Part shown: one piece after another, positions 37,416 to 46,458 of the stretch
Position numbering within the stretch: position 1 is the stretch's first letter
How the letters are laid out: every line of letters begins with the position of its first letter
NCBI GenBank assembly: GCA_004214015.1
Contig: SGZE01000001.1
Coordinates: forward strand, 13,787 to 77,786
DNA: 64,000 nt
Direction of reading: 5' to 3'
From: Flavobacteriales bacterium
GTDB taxonomy: Bacteria; Bacteroidota; Bacteroidia; Flavobacteriales; Flavobacteriaceae
Made by a program: the position numbers and the translations under genes
Notes under the pieces: generated by a model
Database searches by the model: none
Seen by the model: the letters and a program-made list of their open reading frames with translations, nothing else
Told to the model about the DNA's origin: nothing

Positions 37416-38555
37416 ATGAAATCAAACATTAAAATTCTTCTTATTTCTGTTGTATGTTCAACCATAACTTTTTTCATTTTTAATAGTCTAGTTACAATCA
37501 AGGAAAACAATTATGAAGTATCCTATGAAAATGAAATTATACCTCAGTATTCACTTAACAAAATTTCTAATCAAAGGAATATAACCTCCTCCTCATCACT
37601 TCCAGATTTAACTTTTGCAGCAAGTAAATCAATAGATGCAGTTGTTCATGTTAAAAACACAAGTATAGTTGAGGACAATGATAGTTGGGCTTTACAATTT
37701 TTTTATGGTGATGATTCCAGAAAAAAAGTTGGTACTGGCTCTGGAGTAATTATATCACCAGATGGTTATATAGTAACCAATTATCATGTAATTGAAAATT
37801 CTAGTGAAGTCATTGTAACAACCAATGACAATAAAGAATATGAGGCTGTAATTATTGGTTTTGATGAAATTTATGATATAGCCGTTTTAAAAATTGATTC
37901 AGATAAGAGTTTAAATTATATATTTTTTGGTGACTCAGATTCAACACTTATTGGGGAATGGGTTCTTGCAGTAGGAAATCCTTATAACTTAAATTCAACA
38001 GTTACTGCTGGAATTATAAGTTCTAAATCAAGAGATTTAAATGAATATGATCAAAAAAATCAATCATTTATTCAAACTGATGCGGCTGTAAACTTTGGAA
38101 ATAGTGGTGGAGCTCTTGTTAATATCGAAGGTGAGTTAATAGGTATTAACACACTTATCCAATCAATGACTGGAGGCTATGTTGGATATTCTTTTGCAGT
38201 ACCTAGTAATACAGTTAGGAAAATATTTGAAGATTTATTAGAGTATGGAGATGTTCAAAAAGGTTTACTTGGAGTAAGAGGAGTCGCTTTAAATTCTCCA
38301 TATTCAAGGCAATTAAACATTAGTGAAACAGAGGGGTTTTATATTGATGAAATTGAGGTAGGTTTTGGAGCAGACTCAGCTGGACTTAAAAGAGGTGATA
38401 TTATTAAATCAATTGATGGTTTTAAAATAAACCGATTTTCAGATTTATCAGGATATTTATCTTCAAAAAGACCAGGTGACAAAGTGGAAGTAAAATACGT
38501 TAGGGATAATAAATCTAAAACTACTATTGTAGTATTAAAAAAGAGCTCTAGCTAA
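37416..38555 (+). CDS. HtrA/DegP-family serine protease with one PDZ domain, membrane-anchored
   Basis: Catalytic triad context TNYHV, DIAVLKI, GNSGGAL. C-terminal PDZ (GLKRGDIIKSIDG). N-terminal TM segment. Confidence 0.85.
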   Translation: MKSNIKILLISVVCSTITFFIFNSLVTIKENNYEVSYENEIIPQYSLNKISNQRNITSSSSLPDLTFAASKSIDAVVHVKNTSIVEDNDSWALQFFYGDDSRKKVGTGSGVIISPDGYIVTNYHVIENSSEVIVTTNDNKEYEAVIIGFDEIYDIAVLKIDSDKSLNYIFFGDSDSTLIGEWVLAVGNPYNLNSTVTAGIISSKSRDLNEYDQKNQSFIQTDAAVNFGNSGGALVNIEGELIGINTLIQSMTGGYVGYSFAVPSNTVRKIFEDLLEYGDVQKGLLGVRGVALNSPYSRQLNISETEGFYIDEIEVGFGADSAGLKRGDIIKSIDGFKINRFSDLSGYLSSKRPGDKVEVKYVRDNKSKTTIVVLKKSSS

Positions 38556-39232
38556 TGAGAATAGATGTATTAACGTTATTTCCAGAAGTATTTGAAAATC
38601 TTAATTCTTTTTCAATAATTAAAAAAGCTATTGACTCTAAGAAAGTTGAAGTTAGGACACACAATCTTCGAGATTATGCAGATAATTCTAGAAAAGTAGA
38701 TGATTACCCATACGGAGGGTTTCCAGGGATGTTAATAAAAATAGAACCTATAGACAAGTGTATTGAATATTTAAAAAAAGATACTGAGTATGATGAAATA
38801 ATTTATCTTACTCCTGATGGTGACTTATTAAATCAAAAAAAATCAAATTATTTTTCAACTTTAAAAAATATTATAATTATCTGTGGACATTATAAAGGTA
38901 TTGACCACAGAGTAAGAGAATTCCTAGTAACTAAGGAAATTTCAGTTGGTGATTATGTAGTTTCAGGAGGCGAGTTACCTGCTGCCGTGTTATGTGATTC
39001 AATAATAAGGCTTCTACCTGGTATTATTGGTGATGAATCTTCAGCTCTTTCTGATACTTTTCAAGACGATCTTCTATCTCCTCCAATTTATACTAGACCT
39101 GAGATATATAAAGGTCTAAGTGTCCCAAAGGTTCTTTTATCAGGGAATGATAAAGAAATCCAAAAGTGGAATGATGAAAAATCTTTAGAAAGAACTAGAT
39201 TACTTAGGCCAAATCTTTTTGATAATGATTAA
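38555..39232 (+). CDS. trmD: tRNA (guanine37-N1)-methyltransferase
   Basis: 225 aa. TrmD knot motifs (ICGHYKGIDHRV, SVGDYVVSGGELPA). TAATG overlap with the upstream gene. Confidence 0.95.
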   Translation: MRIDVLTLFPEVFENLNSFSIIKKAIDSKKVEVRTHNLRDYADNSRKVDDYPYGGFPGMLIKIEPIDKCIEYLKKDTEYDEIIYLTPDGDLLNQKKSNYFSTLKNIIIICGHYKGIDHRVREFLVTKEISVGDYVVSGGELPAAVLCDSIIRLLPGIIGDESSALSDTFQDDLLSPPIYTRPEIYKGLSVPKVLLSGNDKEIQKWNDEKSLERTRLLRPNLFDND

Positions 39233-39240
39233 AAAAGGTT

Positions 39241-39248
39241 TATTTTTG
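39241..39248 (+). promoter_or_regulatory. Candidate -7 promoter box (TATTTTTG) for rplS
   Basis: Exact TAnnTTTG, 41 nt upstream of the rplS ATG. Confidence 0.35.
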
Positions 39249-39289
39249 CCCGAGTTTGAAATTAATCAAACAAAATAAAAAAAATTTCA

Positions 39290-39634
39290 ATGGATTCTTT
39301 AGTAAATTTAGTTCAAGAAAAACTTATCAATAAAAATGATTTTCCTTCATTTTCAGCCGGTGACACTTTAACCGTTACAATTGAAATACGAGAAGGTGAT
39401 AAAGTTAGACCTCAGTCATTCAAAGGTGTTGTGATTCAAGTTAAAGGAAGTGGACAATCTAAGACTTTTACTATAAGAAAAATGTCTGGAACCGTTGGAG
39501 TTGAAAGAATTTTCCCAATTAACATGCCTGGTTTAAAGAAAATTGAAGTTAATAAGAAAGGTAAGGTTAGACAATCAAGAATTTATTACTTCAGAGAACT
39601 TAGAGGAAAGAAAGCTAGGATTAAAGAAGTATAA
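39290..39634 (+). CDS. rplS: 50S ribosomal protein L19
   Basis: 114 aa. FSAGDTLTV...[14 protein letters not shown] signature. Conserved trmD-rplS linkage. Confidence 0.95.
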   Translation: MDSLVNLVQEKLINKNDFPSFSAGDTLTVTIEIREGDKVRPQSFKGVVIQVKGSGQSKTFTIRKMSGTVGVERIFPINMPGLKKIEVNKKGKVRQSRIYYFRELRGKKARIKEV

Positions 39635-39639
39635 ATCTT

Positions 39640-40869
39640 ATGTCAAAAATTAAAGTAGCCAATCCCATAGTAGAAATTGATGGCGATGAAATGGCTAGAA
39701 TCATCTGGAAGTTTATAAAAGAAAAATTAATTCTAGATTACATTGACTTAGATGTTATCTATTATGATTTAGGTATTGAATCAAGAGACAAAACTGATGA
39801 CCAAATAACAGTTGATGCCGCAAATGCTATCAAAAAATATAATGTTGGTATCAAATGTGCTACGATAACTCCTGATGAACAAAGAGTTGATGAATTCTCA
39901 CTAAACAGAATGTATAAGTCTCCTAATGGAACTATTAGAAACATCGTAGGTGGTACCGTATTTAGAGAGCCTATTATTTGTAGATCTATTCCAAGATATG
40001 TTCAAGGATGGTCAAGACCGATTTGTATTGGAAGACATGCTTTTGGTGATCAATATAGAGCAACTGATGTTACGACTCACGGTCCTGGAAAACTTGAAAT
40101 GAAATTCACACCACAAGATGGAAGTGAGGCTAAGACATGGGAAGTATATAATTTTGAAGAAGATGGAATAGCTATGTCAATGTACAATATTGACTCTTCT
40201 ATTTATGGATTTGCAAGATCATGTATGAATATGGCTATTACAAAAAGATGGCCTCTATATCTTTCAACAAAAAATACTATTCTTAAAGCATATGATGGTC
40301 GATTTAAAGATATTTTTCAAGAAGTTTTTGAAAATGAATTCAAAGATAAATTTGAAAAAGAAAACATTACCTACGAACATAGATTAATTGATGACATGGT
40401 TGCAGCTGCTATTAAATGGAAGGGTGGCTTTGTTTGGGCTTGTAAGAACTATGATGGAGATGTTCAGTCAGATATTGTTGCTCAAGGATTTGGTTCTCTT
40501 GGATTAATGACTTCTACATTAGTAACTCCAGATGGAAAAACTCTTGAAGCAGAAGCTGCTCACGGAACTGTTACTAGACATTTTAGAAGACACCAAAAAG
40601 GTGAGCAGACCTCTACTAATCCAATAGCATCAATTTTTGCATGGACTCGAGGACTAATGCACAGAGGTAAGCTTGATGATAATCAAGATCTTATAAACTT
40701 CTGTAAAACTCTTGAAGAAGTTTGTATTGAAACTGTTGAAGATGGTAAAATGACTAAGGATCTAGCACTACTTGTTTTCAGAGATGATCTTGTAGACTCT
40801 AATTTCCTTACTACTCAGCAATTCTTAGATGAATTGAAAAATAATCTTAATAAAAAGCTTAGTTTATAA
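39640..40869 (+). CDS. icd: NADP-dependent isocitrate dehydrogenase (homodimeric subfamily II, eukaryote-like type)
   Basis: 409 aa. N-terminus [20 protein letters not shown] and the overall sequence resemble type II IDH. Confidence 0.95.
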   Translation: MSKIKVANPIVEIDGDEMARIIWKFIKEKLILDYIDLDVIYYDLGIESRDKTDDQITVDAANAIKKYNVGIKCATITPDEQRVDEFSLNRMYKSPNGTIRNIVGGTVFREPIICRSIPRYVQGWSRPICIGRHAFGDQYRATDVTTHGPGKLEMKFTPQDGSEAKTWEVYNFEEDGIAMSMYNIDSSIYGFARSCMNMAITKRWPLYLSTKNTILKAYDGRFKDIFQEVFENEFKDKFEKENITYEHRLIDDMVAAAIKWKGGFVWACKNYDGDVQSDIVAQGFGSLGLMTSTLVTPDGKTLEAEAAHGTVTRHFRRHQKGEQTSTNPIASIFAWTRGLMHRGKLDDNQDLINFCKTLEEVCIETVEDGKMTKDLALLVFRDDLVDSNFLTTQQFLDELKNNLNKKLSL

Positions 40870-40874
40870 GTATA

Positions 40875-41690
40875 ATGAAGTTTATTAAGATTACAGAACA
40901 AGATTCCAACCATAAAGATTTAGAAAAAAAGTCTATAACTGAGCTTGTAGCTGCAATGCATGAAGAAGACAACAACGCACTAAAAGCTGTAAATAAAGTT
41001 CTTCCAAAGGTTGTTGAATTAATCAAACAAATTGAACCTAAATTTAAAAATGGAGGAAGATTATTTTATATTGGTGCTGGAACAAGTGGAAGACTTGGTG
41101 TTTTGGATGCTTCAGAATGCCCTCCAACATTTGGCACTCATCCTGAAAAAGTTGTTGGTCTATTAGCTGGAGGTATTCCAGCTCTTTACAGTTCTATTGA
41201 AATAGCTGAAGATGATTTAGATCAAGCATGGAAGGATTTATCTGAACACAATATTAATTCTAATGATTTTGTAATCGGTATAGCTGCCTCTGGTACAACA
41301 CCATATGTTATTGGTGGATTAAAACAATGTCAAAAAAATAATATCTCAACAGGATGTATTGTTTGTAATGAAAATTCACCCCTATCTAAATATGCAGATT
41401 ATAAAATTGAGGTAATTGTTGGGCCTGAATTTTTAACTGGTAGTTCGAGACTTAAAGCTGGTACAGCTCAAAAACTTATCTTAAATATGATTTCAACTAT
41501 ATCAATGATTCTTGATGGTCATGTTAGGGGAAATAAAATGATTGATATGCAGATGACTAATGCCAAACTAAACAAAAGAGCTAGAAGAATAATTATGGAG
41601 GAATTAGATGTCAGTGCGGAAGAAGCAGATAGACTAATAATTAAACATAAGAGTATTAGATCAGTAATTGATAATTATTCAAATGAATAA
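40875..41690 (+). CDS. murQ: N-acetylmuramic acid 6-phosphate etherase
   Basis: 271 aa. SIS domain (GAGTSGRLG, AASGTTPY). Confidence 0.9.
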   Translation: MKFIKITEQDSNHKDLEKKSITELVAAMHEEDNNALKAVNKVLPKVVELIKQIEPKFKNGGRLFYIGAGTSGRLGVLDASECPPTFGTHPEKVVGLLAGGIPALYSSIEIAEDDLDQAWKDLSEHNINSNDFVIGIAASGTTPYVIGGLKQCQKNNISTGCIVCNENSPLSKYADYKIEVIVGPEFLTGSSRLKAGTAQKLILNMISTISMILDGHVRGNKMIDMQMTNAKLNKRARRIIMEELDVSAEEADRLIIKHKSIRSVIDNYSNE

Positions 41691-41910
41691 ATTTTTAAGA
41701 AAAGGATTTATTCAAGTTTTCATTGGAATATCTCTTTGCTTTATAGCACCAGTTATTGTATCTCAAGCCTTTAATAATCAAGATCACCCATTCTTTGTAT
41801 TTGTTCTAATTATAGGAGCTATATTGCTTTTATTAGCAATATTTTATGGGTATAGGGGTATAGTTAACATATTAAATGGAACATTAGGTCCGAAGAATAA
41901 ATTAAATTGA
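41683..41910 (+). CDS. Small two-TM membrane protein, function unknown
   Basis: 75 aa from ATG 41683, which overlaps the murQ stop. Two hydrophobic helices. Confidence 0.5.
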   Translation: MNKFLRKGFIQVFIGISLCFIAPVIVSQAFNNQDHPFFVFVLIIGAILLLLAIFYGYRGIVNILNGTLGPKNKLN

Positions 41911-41912
41911 TT

Positions 41913-41920
41913 TATTTTTG
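41913..41920 (+). promoter_or_regulatory. Candidate -7 promoter box (TATTTTTG) for thrS-infC-rpmI-rplT
   Basis: Exact TAnnTTTG, 16 nt upstream of the thrS ATG. Confidence 0.4.
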
Positions 41921-41936
41921 AATCTCATAACAGATT

Positions 41937-43886
41937 ATGATAAGTATAATTTTTCCAGATAGTTCAGTAAAAAAGTTTGAAAAAGGAACTAAAGTTATTG
42001 ATGTAGCCAAGAGCATTAGTGAAGGATTGGCTAGAAAAGTAATATCAGCATCATTTAACAAAGAAACTTGTGAACTTGAAACAAAGTTAGATGTTGATGG
42101 AAATATAAAGTTTTATACTTGGGATGATGACGAAGGTAAGCAAGCATTTTGGCATTCTTCAGCTCACATATTAGCACAAACAATAAAATTTTTCTATCCA
42201 AAATCTAAATTAACAATTGGACCTTCAATCGAAAATGGTTTTTATTATGATGTAGATTTTAATGGAGATAATATTTCAGAAAATGATTTTCAAAAAATTG
42301 AAGCTAAATTTTTAGAATTTGCAAGAACTGATAGCCAGTTTAACATGAAATCAATGTCTAAAGATGAGGCTCTTGAATTTTATAATAAAGAAGAAAATCA
42401 ATATAAAGTTGAATTAATTCAAGGGCTAGATGATGGAACTATTACCTTTTGTGATCATTCTGATTTTAGTGATTTATGTAGAGGTGGACATATTCCATCT
42501 ACCGGAATTGTTAAAGCTGTAAAGCTGCTTAATATTGCAGGAGCATACTGGAGAGGAGATGAAAAAAATAACCAACTTACTAGGATTTATGGTATCTCTT
42601 TTCCAAAACAAAAACTTTTAACTGAATACCTTGAGTTAGTTGAAAAAGCAAAAGAAAGAGATCATAGAAAATTAGGTAAAGAACTTGAGTTGTTCACTTT
42701 CTCAAAGAAAGTTGGACAAGGACTACCACTTTGGTTGCCAAAAGGTACTGAACTTAGAGATCGCCTTCAAAGATTTCTTGAAGATGCTCAAAAAAAAGCA
42801 GGTTATAAAAAGGTGATGTCACCTCATATCGGTTCAAAAGAACTTTATGTAACATCTGGCCATTATGATAAGTACGGTGAAGACAGCTTTCAGCCTATTC
42901 TAACTCCAAATGATAGTGAAATTTTTATGCTTAGACCTATGAATTGTCCACATCATTGTGAGATTTTTAATTCTAAACCTTTAAGTTACAGAGATCTTCC
43001 TCTTAGGCTAGCTGAGTTTGGAACTGTCTATAGGTATGAGCAAAGTGGAGAACTTCACGGATTAAGTAGAGTAAGGGGTTTTACAGTAGATGATGCACAT
43101 ATTTTTTGTGCACCCGAACAAGTTGATTCAGAGTTTAAAAACACAATTGATTTAGTACTTTATGTATTTAAATCTTTAGGATTCAGTGATTTTTATGCTC
43201 AAGTGTCATTAAGAGACCCAGATAATCCAGAAAAGTACATAGGGACAAAAGAAAATTGGAATATAGCTGAGAAAGCTATACTAGATGCTGCAAAAGAAAA
43301 AGAGTTAGATTATAAAATTGAATATGGAGAGGCAGCTTTTTACGGTCCAAAGCTTGATTTTATGGTTAAAGATGCACTAGGCAGAAGTTGGCAGCTCGGA
43401 ACTATTCAGGTTGATTACAACCTTCCTGAAAGATTTGAACTTACTTATAAAGGCAGTAATAACAAGGATTTAAGACCAGTAATGCTTCATAGAGCTCCGT
43501 TTGGAAGTATGGAAAGATTTGTAGCAATTCTACTTGAACATACTGCTGGGGTTTTCCCATTATGGCTAGCAACAATTCAAGTTGAAATCTTAATTGTTAG
43601 TGAGAACTTTAAAAATTATGGTGAAAAAGTTTTAAATATCTTAGAAAATGACGAAATTCGCGCGCACTTAGATGATAGAAATGAGACTGTTGGGAAAAAA
43701 ATTAGAGAATCTGAAATAAATAAGATTCCTTTTATGATTGTTGTTGGTGAAAATGAAGTAAATAACAACACTATTTCCATAAGAAGACATCATGGTGATG
43801 ACCTAGGTGAAATGAAAATTGAAAAATTTATTGATATAATCAAAAAAGAAATTTCTGATTGTATCCCAAAATTTAATATTAATTAA
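41937..43886 (+). CDS. thrS: Threonine-tRNA ligase
   Basis: 649 aa. TGS domain, editing domain, class II core motifs (FRPMNCPHH-like [10 protein letters not shown]) and anticodon-binding domain. Confidence 0.95.
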   Translation: MISIIFPDSSVKKFEKGTKVIDVAKSISEGLARKVISASFNKETCELETKLDVDGNIKFYTWDDDEGKQAFWHSSAHILAQTIKFFYPKSKLTIGPSIENGFYYDVDFNGDNISENDFQKIEAKFLEFARTDSQFNMKSMSKDEALEFYNKEENQYKVELIQGLDDGTITFCDHSDFSDLCRGGHIPSTGIVKAVKLLNIAGAYWRGDEKNNQLTRIYGISFPKQKLLTEYLELVEKAKERDHRKLGKELELFTFSKKVGQGLPLWLPKGTELRDRLQRFLEDAQKKAGYKKVMSPHIGSKELYVTSGHYDKYGEDSFQPILTPNDSEIFMLRPMNCPHHCEIFNSKPLSYRDLPLRLAEFGTVYRYEQSGELHGLSRVRGFTVDDAHIFCAPEQVDSEFKNTIDLVLYVFKSLGFSDFYAQVSLRDPDNPEKYIGTKENWNIAEKAILDAAKEKELDYKIEYGEAAFYGPKLDFMVKDALGRSWQLGTIQVDYNLPERFELTYKGSNNKDLRPVMLHRAPFGSMERFVAILLEHTAGVFPLWLATIQVEILIVSENFKNYGEKVLNILENDEIRAHLDDRNETVGKKIRESEINKIPFMIVVGENEVNNNTISIRRHHGDDLGEMKIEKFIDIIKKEISDCIPKFNIN

Positions 43887-43891
43887 AAATA

Positions 43892-44455
43892 ATTGTTATA
43901 GCAATAAGAAGAAGAAGATCGAACAGGAGATTCAGCAGAGTAATAAAAGAAGATCCTCATAAAATCAATACAAAAATAACTGCTCATGAAGTTAGACTTG
44001 TAGGAGATAACGTTGATGTAGGAGTGTATTCAACAAATGAGGCCTTAAGAATTGCAAGAAATCTTGAGTTAGACTTAGTTGAAATTTCTCCAAAAGCTTC
44101 TCCACCTGTGTGTAAAATTCTAGAATATAAGAAGTTCTTATATGAACAGAAAAAAAGGGACAAAGCATTAAAATCAAAAGCAACAAAAATTGTTGTTAAA
44201 GAAATTAGATTTGGACCTCAAACAGATGAACATGATTATCAGTTTAAAAAGAAACATGCAGAGAAATTTTTAAATGAGGGTGCTAAATTAAAAGCATTTG
44301 TATTTTTTAAAGGAAGATCGATTATTTTTAAAGAACAAGGTCAAATTTTGCTACTTAGATTAGCTCAGGATCTTGAAGATATTGGAACGGTTGAGCAAAT
44401 GCCGCAGCTAGAAGGAAAAAGAATGATAATGTTTATACAACCTAAAAAGAATTAA
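43892..44455 (+). CDS. infC: Translation initiation factor IF-3 with a non-AUG start (ATT 43892; ATA 43889 or 43898 also possible)
   Basis: The track ORF starts at internal GTG 44024. The same frame is open from 43883 and encodes [38 protein letters not shown], the conserved IF-3 N-terminus. There is no ATG/GTG/TTG in that stretch. Confidence 0.85.
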   Translation: MVIAIRRRRSNRRFSRVIKEDPHKINTKITAHEVRLVGDNVDVGVYSTNEALRIARNLELDLVEISPKASPPVCKILEYKKFLYEQKKRDKALKSKATKIVVKEIRFGPQTDEHDYQFKKKHAEKFLNEGAKLKAFVFFKGRSIIFKEQGQILLLRLAQDLEDIGTVEQMPQLEGKRMIMFIQPKKN

Positions 44456-44466
44456 AAACAGGAATT

Positions 44467-44664
44467 ATGCCTAAAATGAAAACAAAATCCAGTGCAAAGA
44501 AAAGATTCAAAGTAACTGGATCAGGTAAAATAAAAAGAAAGCATGCCTTTAAGAATCATATTTTGACAAAAAAATCAAAAAAGAGAAAATTAAGGTTAAC
44601 TCACTTTGGACTTGTCCATGAAAGTGATGAAAACAGTATTAAAAGACAATTAAGATTAAAATAA
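44467..44664 (+). CDS. rpmI: 50S ribosomal protein L35
   Basis: 65 aa. [27 protein letters not shown] signature. Confidence 0.95.
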   Translation: MPKMKTKSSAKKRFKVTGSGKIKRKHAFKNHILTKKSKKRKLRLTHFGLVHESDENSIKRQLRLK

Positions 44665-44674
44665 ATTACTAGCT

Positions 44675-45019
44675 ATGCCAAGATCAGTAAACTCAGTTGC
44701 TTCTAGAGCAAGAAGAAAAAAAATAATTAAACAGGCTAAAGGATACTTTGGAAGAAGAAAAAATGTATGGACAGTAGCCAAAAATGCTGTTGAGAAAGCA
44801 CTTCAATACGCGTATAGAGATAGAAAAACTAAAAAGAGAAACTTTAGATCTTTATGGGTTATGAGAATTAATGCTGCTGCTCATCAACACGGTTTGTCTT
44901 ATAACGAGTTTATGTTTAAACTTAAGTCGAATAACATATCTCTTAATAGAAAGGTCTTAGCAGACTTAGCGATGAATAATCCAATTGCATTTGAAGCGAT
45001 TGTTAAATCATTGAAATAA
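44675..45019 (+). CDS. rplT: 50S ribosomal protein L20
   Basis: 114 aa. Basic N-terminus and RINAAA motif. Canonical infC-rpmI-rplT order. Confidence 0.95.
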   Translation: MPRSVNSVASRARRKKIIKQAKGYFGRRKNVWTVAKNAVEKALQYAYRDRKTKKRNFRSLWVMRINAAAHQHGLSYNEFMFKLKSNNISLNRKVLADLAMNNPIAFEAIVKSLK

Positions 45020-45080
45020 GCTTACCCCCTCTTCTACCTCAACTTTATCTAATTTTTTAGGTCTAATTAAAAAATATAGA

Positions 45081-45626
45081 TTGAAAGAAGGTACTTTACT
45101 TAAACTTTTAAAGAATTCTGATACTAAGAATGAAGGCTTTAGACTTCTTGTAGATTTATATCATGAAAAAACTTATTGGATGATAAGAAAAATGATACTA
45201 TCGCATGATTCAACAAATGATGTTCTTCAAGAAACATATGTTAGAATATTTAAAGGTATAGATAACTTTAAAGAGAAGAGTAAACTTTCTACTTGGATTT
45301 ATAGAATTGCATATAATGAGTCTATTAGGTTTTTAGCTAGTGAATCTAAAATTAAAAAAGTTGAACTAGATTCTAATGATGACAACTATTCAAGAAAATT
45401 ATATGCAGACGGATATTTTGATGCAGAAAATTTATCTCTTAAATTTCATCAAATATTATCCGAATTAACTTTAAGACAAAGGAATGTCTTTAACATGAAA
45501 TATTTTGATGAACTTAAGTTTAACGAAATATCTAAAATTACTGGGATAAATATTAACACAATTAAGTCAACATACTATTTAGTTGAAAAAAAAATTAAAA
45601 AAGAAATAAATGAATCAGCATTATAA
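45081..45626 (+). CDS. ECF-type RNA polymerase sigma-70 factor
   Basis: 181 aa (TTG start). Region 2 (VLQETYVRIF...STWIYRIAYNE) and region 4 (LRQRNVFNMKYFDELKFNEISKITG). Confidence 0.85.
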   Translation: MKEGTLLKLLKNSDTKNEGFRLLVDLYHEKTYWMIRKMILSHDSTNDVLQETYVRIFKGIDNFKEKSKLSTWIYRIAYNESIRFLASESKIKKVELDSNDDNYSRKLYADGYFDAENLSLKFHQILSELTLRQRNVFNMKYFDELKFNEISKITGININTIKSTYYLVEKKIKKEINESAL

Positions 45627-45933
45627 AAAACTAGGCTTTAAAACACCTAAAAACTATTTTCAAAAATCTAAAGATCAAATTTTAGCCACTAATATTAATT
45701 ATAGAACTAAAAAAATTGAATATCAATCTACATTTCAATTGTTAATTGCTGCAGTTTTTATAACATCTATACTGTATATAAATTTTTCAAGTTTAAATAC
45801 TGAATCCAAAAGCTTTAGTTCTAAATCACCTATTATTTCTAGTATTCTATTAAATGAGGAAATAACTGAAGAATACATTATTGATTATCTAACTGATAAA
45901 ATAGCTGAAAATGATATATATATACCCAAATAA
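45610..45933 (+). CDS. Single-pass membrane protein in the anti-sigma position (no recognisable zinc anti-sigma motif)
   Basis: 107 aa. Overlaps the sigma gene by 17 nt. Central TM helix LLIAAVFITSILYI. Confidence 0.45.
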   Translation: MNQHYKKLGFKTPKNYFQKSKDQILATNINYRTKKIEYQSTFQLLIAAVFITSILYINFSSLNTESKSFSSKSPIISSILLNEEITEEYIIDYLTDKIAENDIYIPK

Positions 45934-45964
45934 ACTTTTATCTTTTTTAAAGGTCAAACAAACA

Positions 45965-46387
45965 ATGATTAACACGAACAAAATATCTTTATTATTAATC
46001 TTAATATTTTTTACATCTAATATTACTATTGGTCAGGAAAATCAAAAAATTGGATATAAGAGAGGATATTCAAAAGAGTTAGCTGAGTCTTTTTCATCTT
46101 TTCAAAAAGATTTACTTAAGAAAGAAACAATGTTATGGAAAAGACATCATGAAGTAATAAAAAAATCACTTTCTGAATCTCAAAAACAAGTTATTGAAGA
46201 CAGTTCAATTAGTCGAAGAGATGCTCGTAAAAAAATTATTCTTTCATTGAATAATAATCAAAAAAATATGCTCAAAAAATTTGAAGAAAGAATAGATACT
46301 ATTCGAAGAAAATTTTATGAATCTTTAACAGAAAGTCAGAAACAAATGATTAAAAAAAACAGAAGAAAATCTAAAAAAAATGATTAG
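45965..46387 (+). CDS. Secreted helical protein with four LTXXQ-like repeats (CpxP/Spy/ZraP-like periplasmic protein)
   Basis: ATG 45965 gives the signal peptide MINTNKISLLLILIFFTSNITIGQ. Repeated SFSSFQKDLLKK / SLSESQKQVIED / SLNNNQKNMLKK / SLTESQKQMIKK units; highly basic. Confidence 0.5.
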   Translation: MINTNKISLLLILIFFTSNITIGQENQKIGYKRGYSKELAESFSSFQKDLLKKETMLWKRHHEVIKKSLSESQKQVIEDSSISRRDARKKIILSLNNNQKNMLKKFEERIDTIRRKFYESLTESQKQMIKKNRRKSKKND

Positions 46388-46430
46388 ACTTTTTAACAAA
46401 TCCTTGTGTTTTCTTTCAATTAATTAAAAA

Positions 46431-46438
46431 TATATTTG
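46431..46438 (+). promoter_or_regulatory. Candidate -7 promoter box (TATATTTG) for the outer-membrane barrel gene
   Basis: Exact TAnnTTTG, 20 nt upstream of ATG 46459. Confidence 0.4.
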
Positions 46439-46458
46439 CCCAACCAAACATTAAAAAA

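Noticed and set aside
39640-40869. Eukaryote-like (subfamily II) NADP-isocitrate dehydrogenase as a possible horizontal acquisition.
   Set aside because: Type II IDH is widespread in bacteria. The composition and tight operon-like packing here match the surrounding genes, and nothing in the sequence suggests recent transfer.
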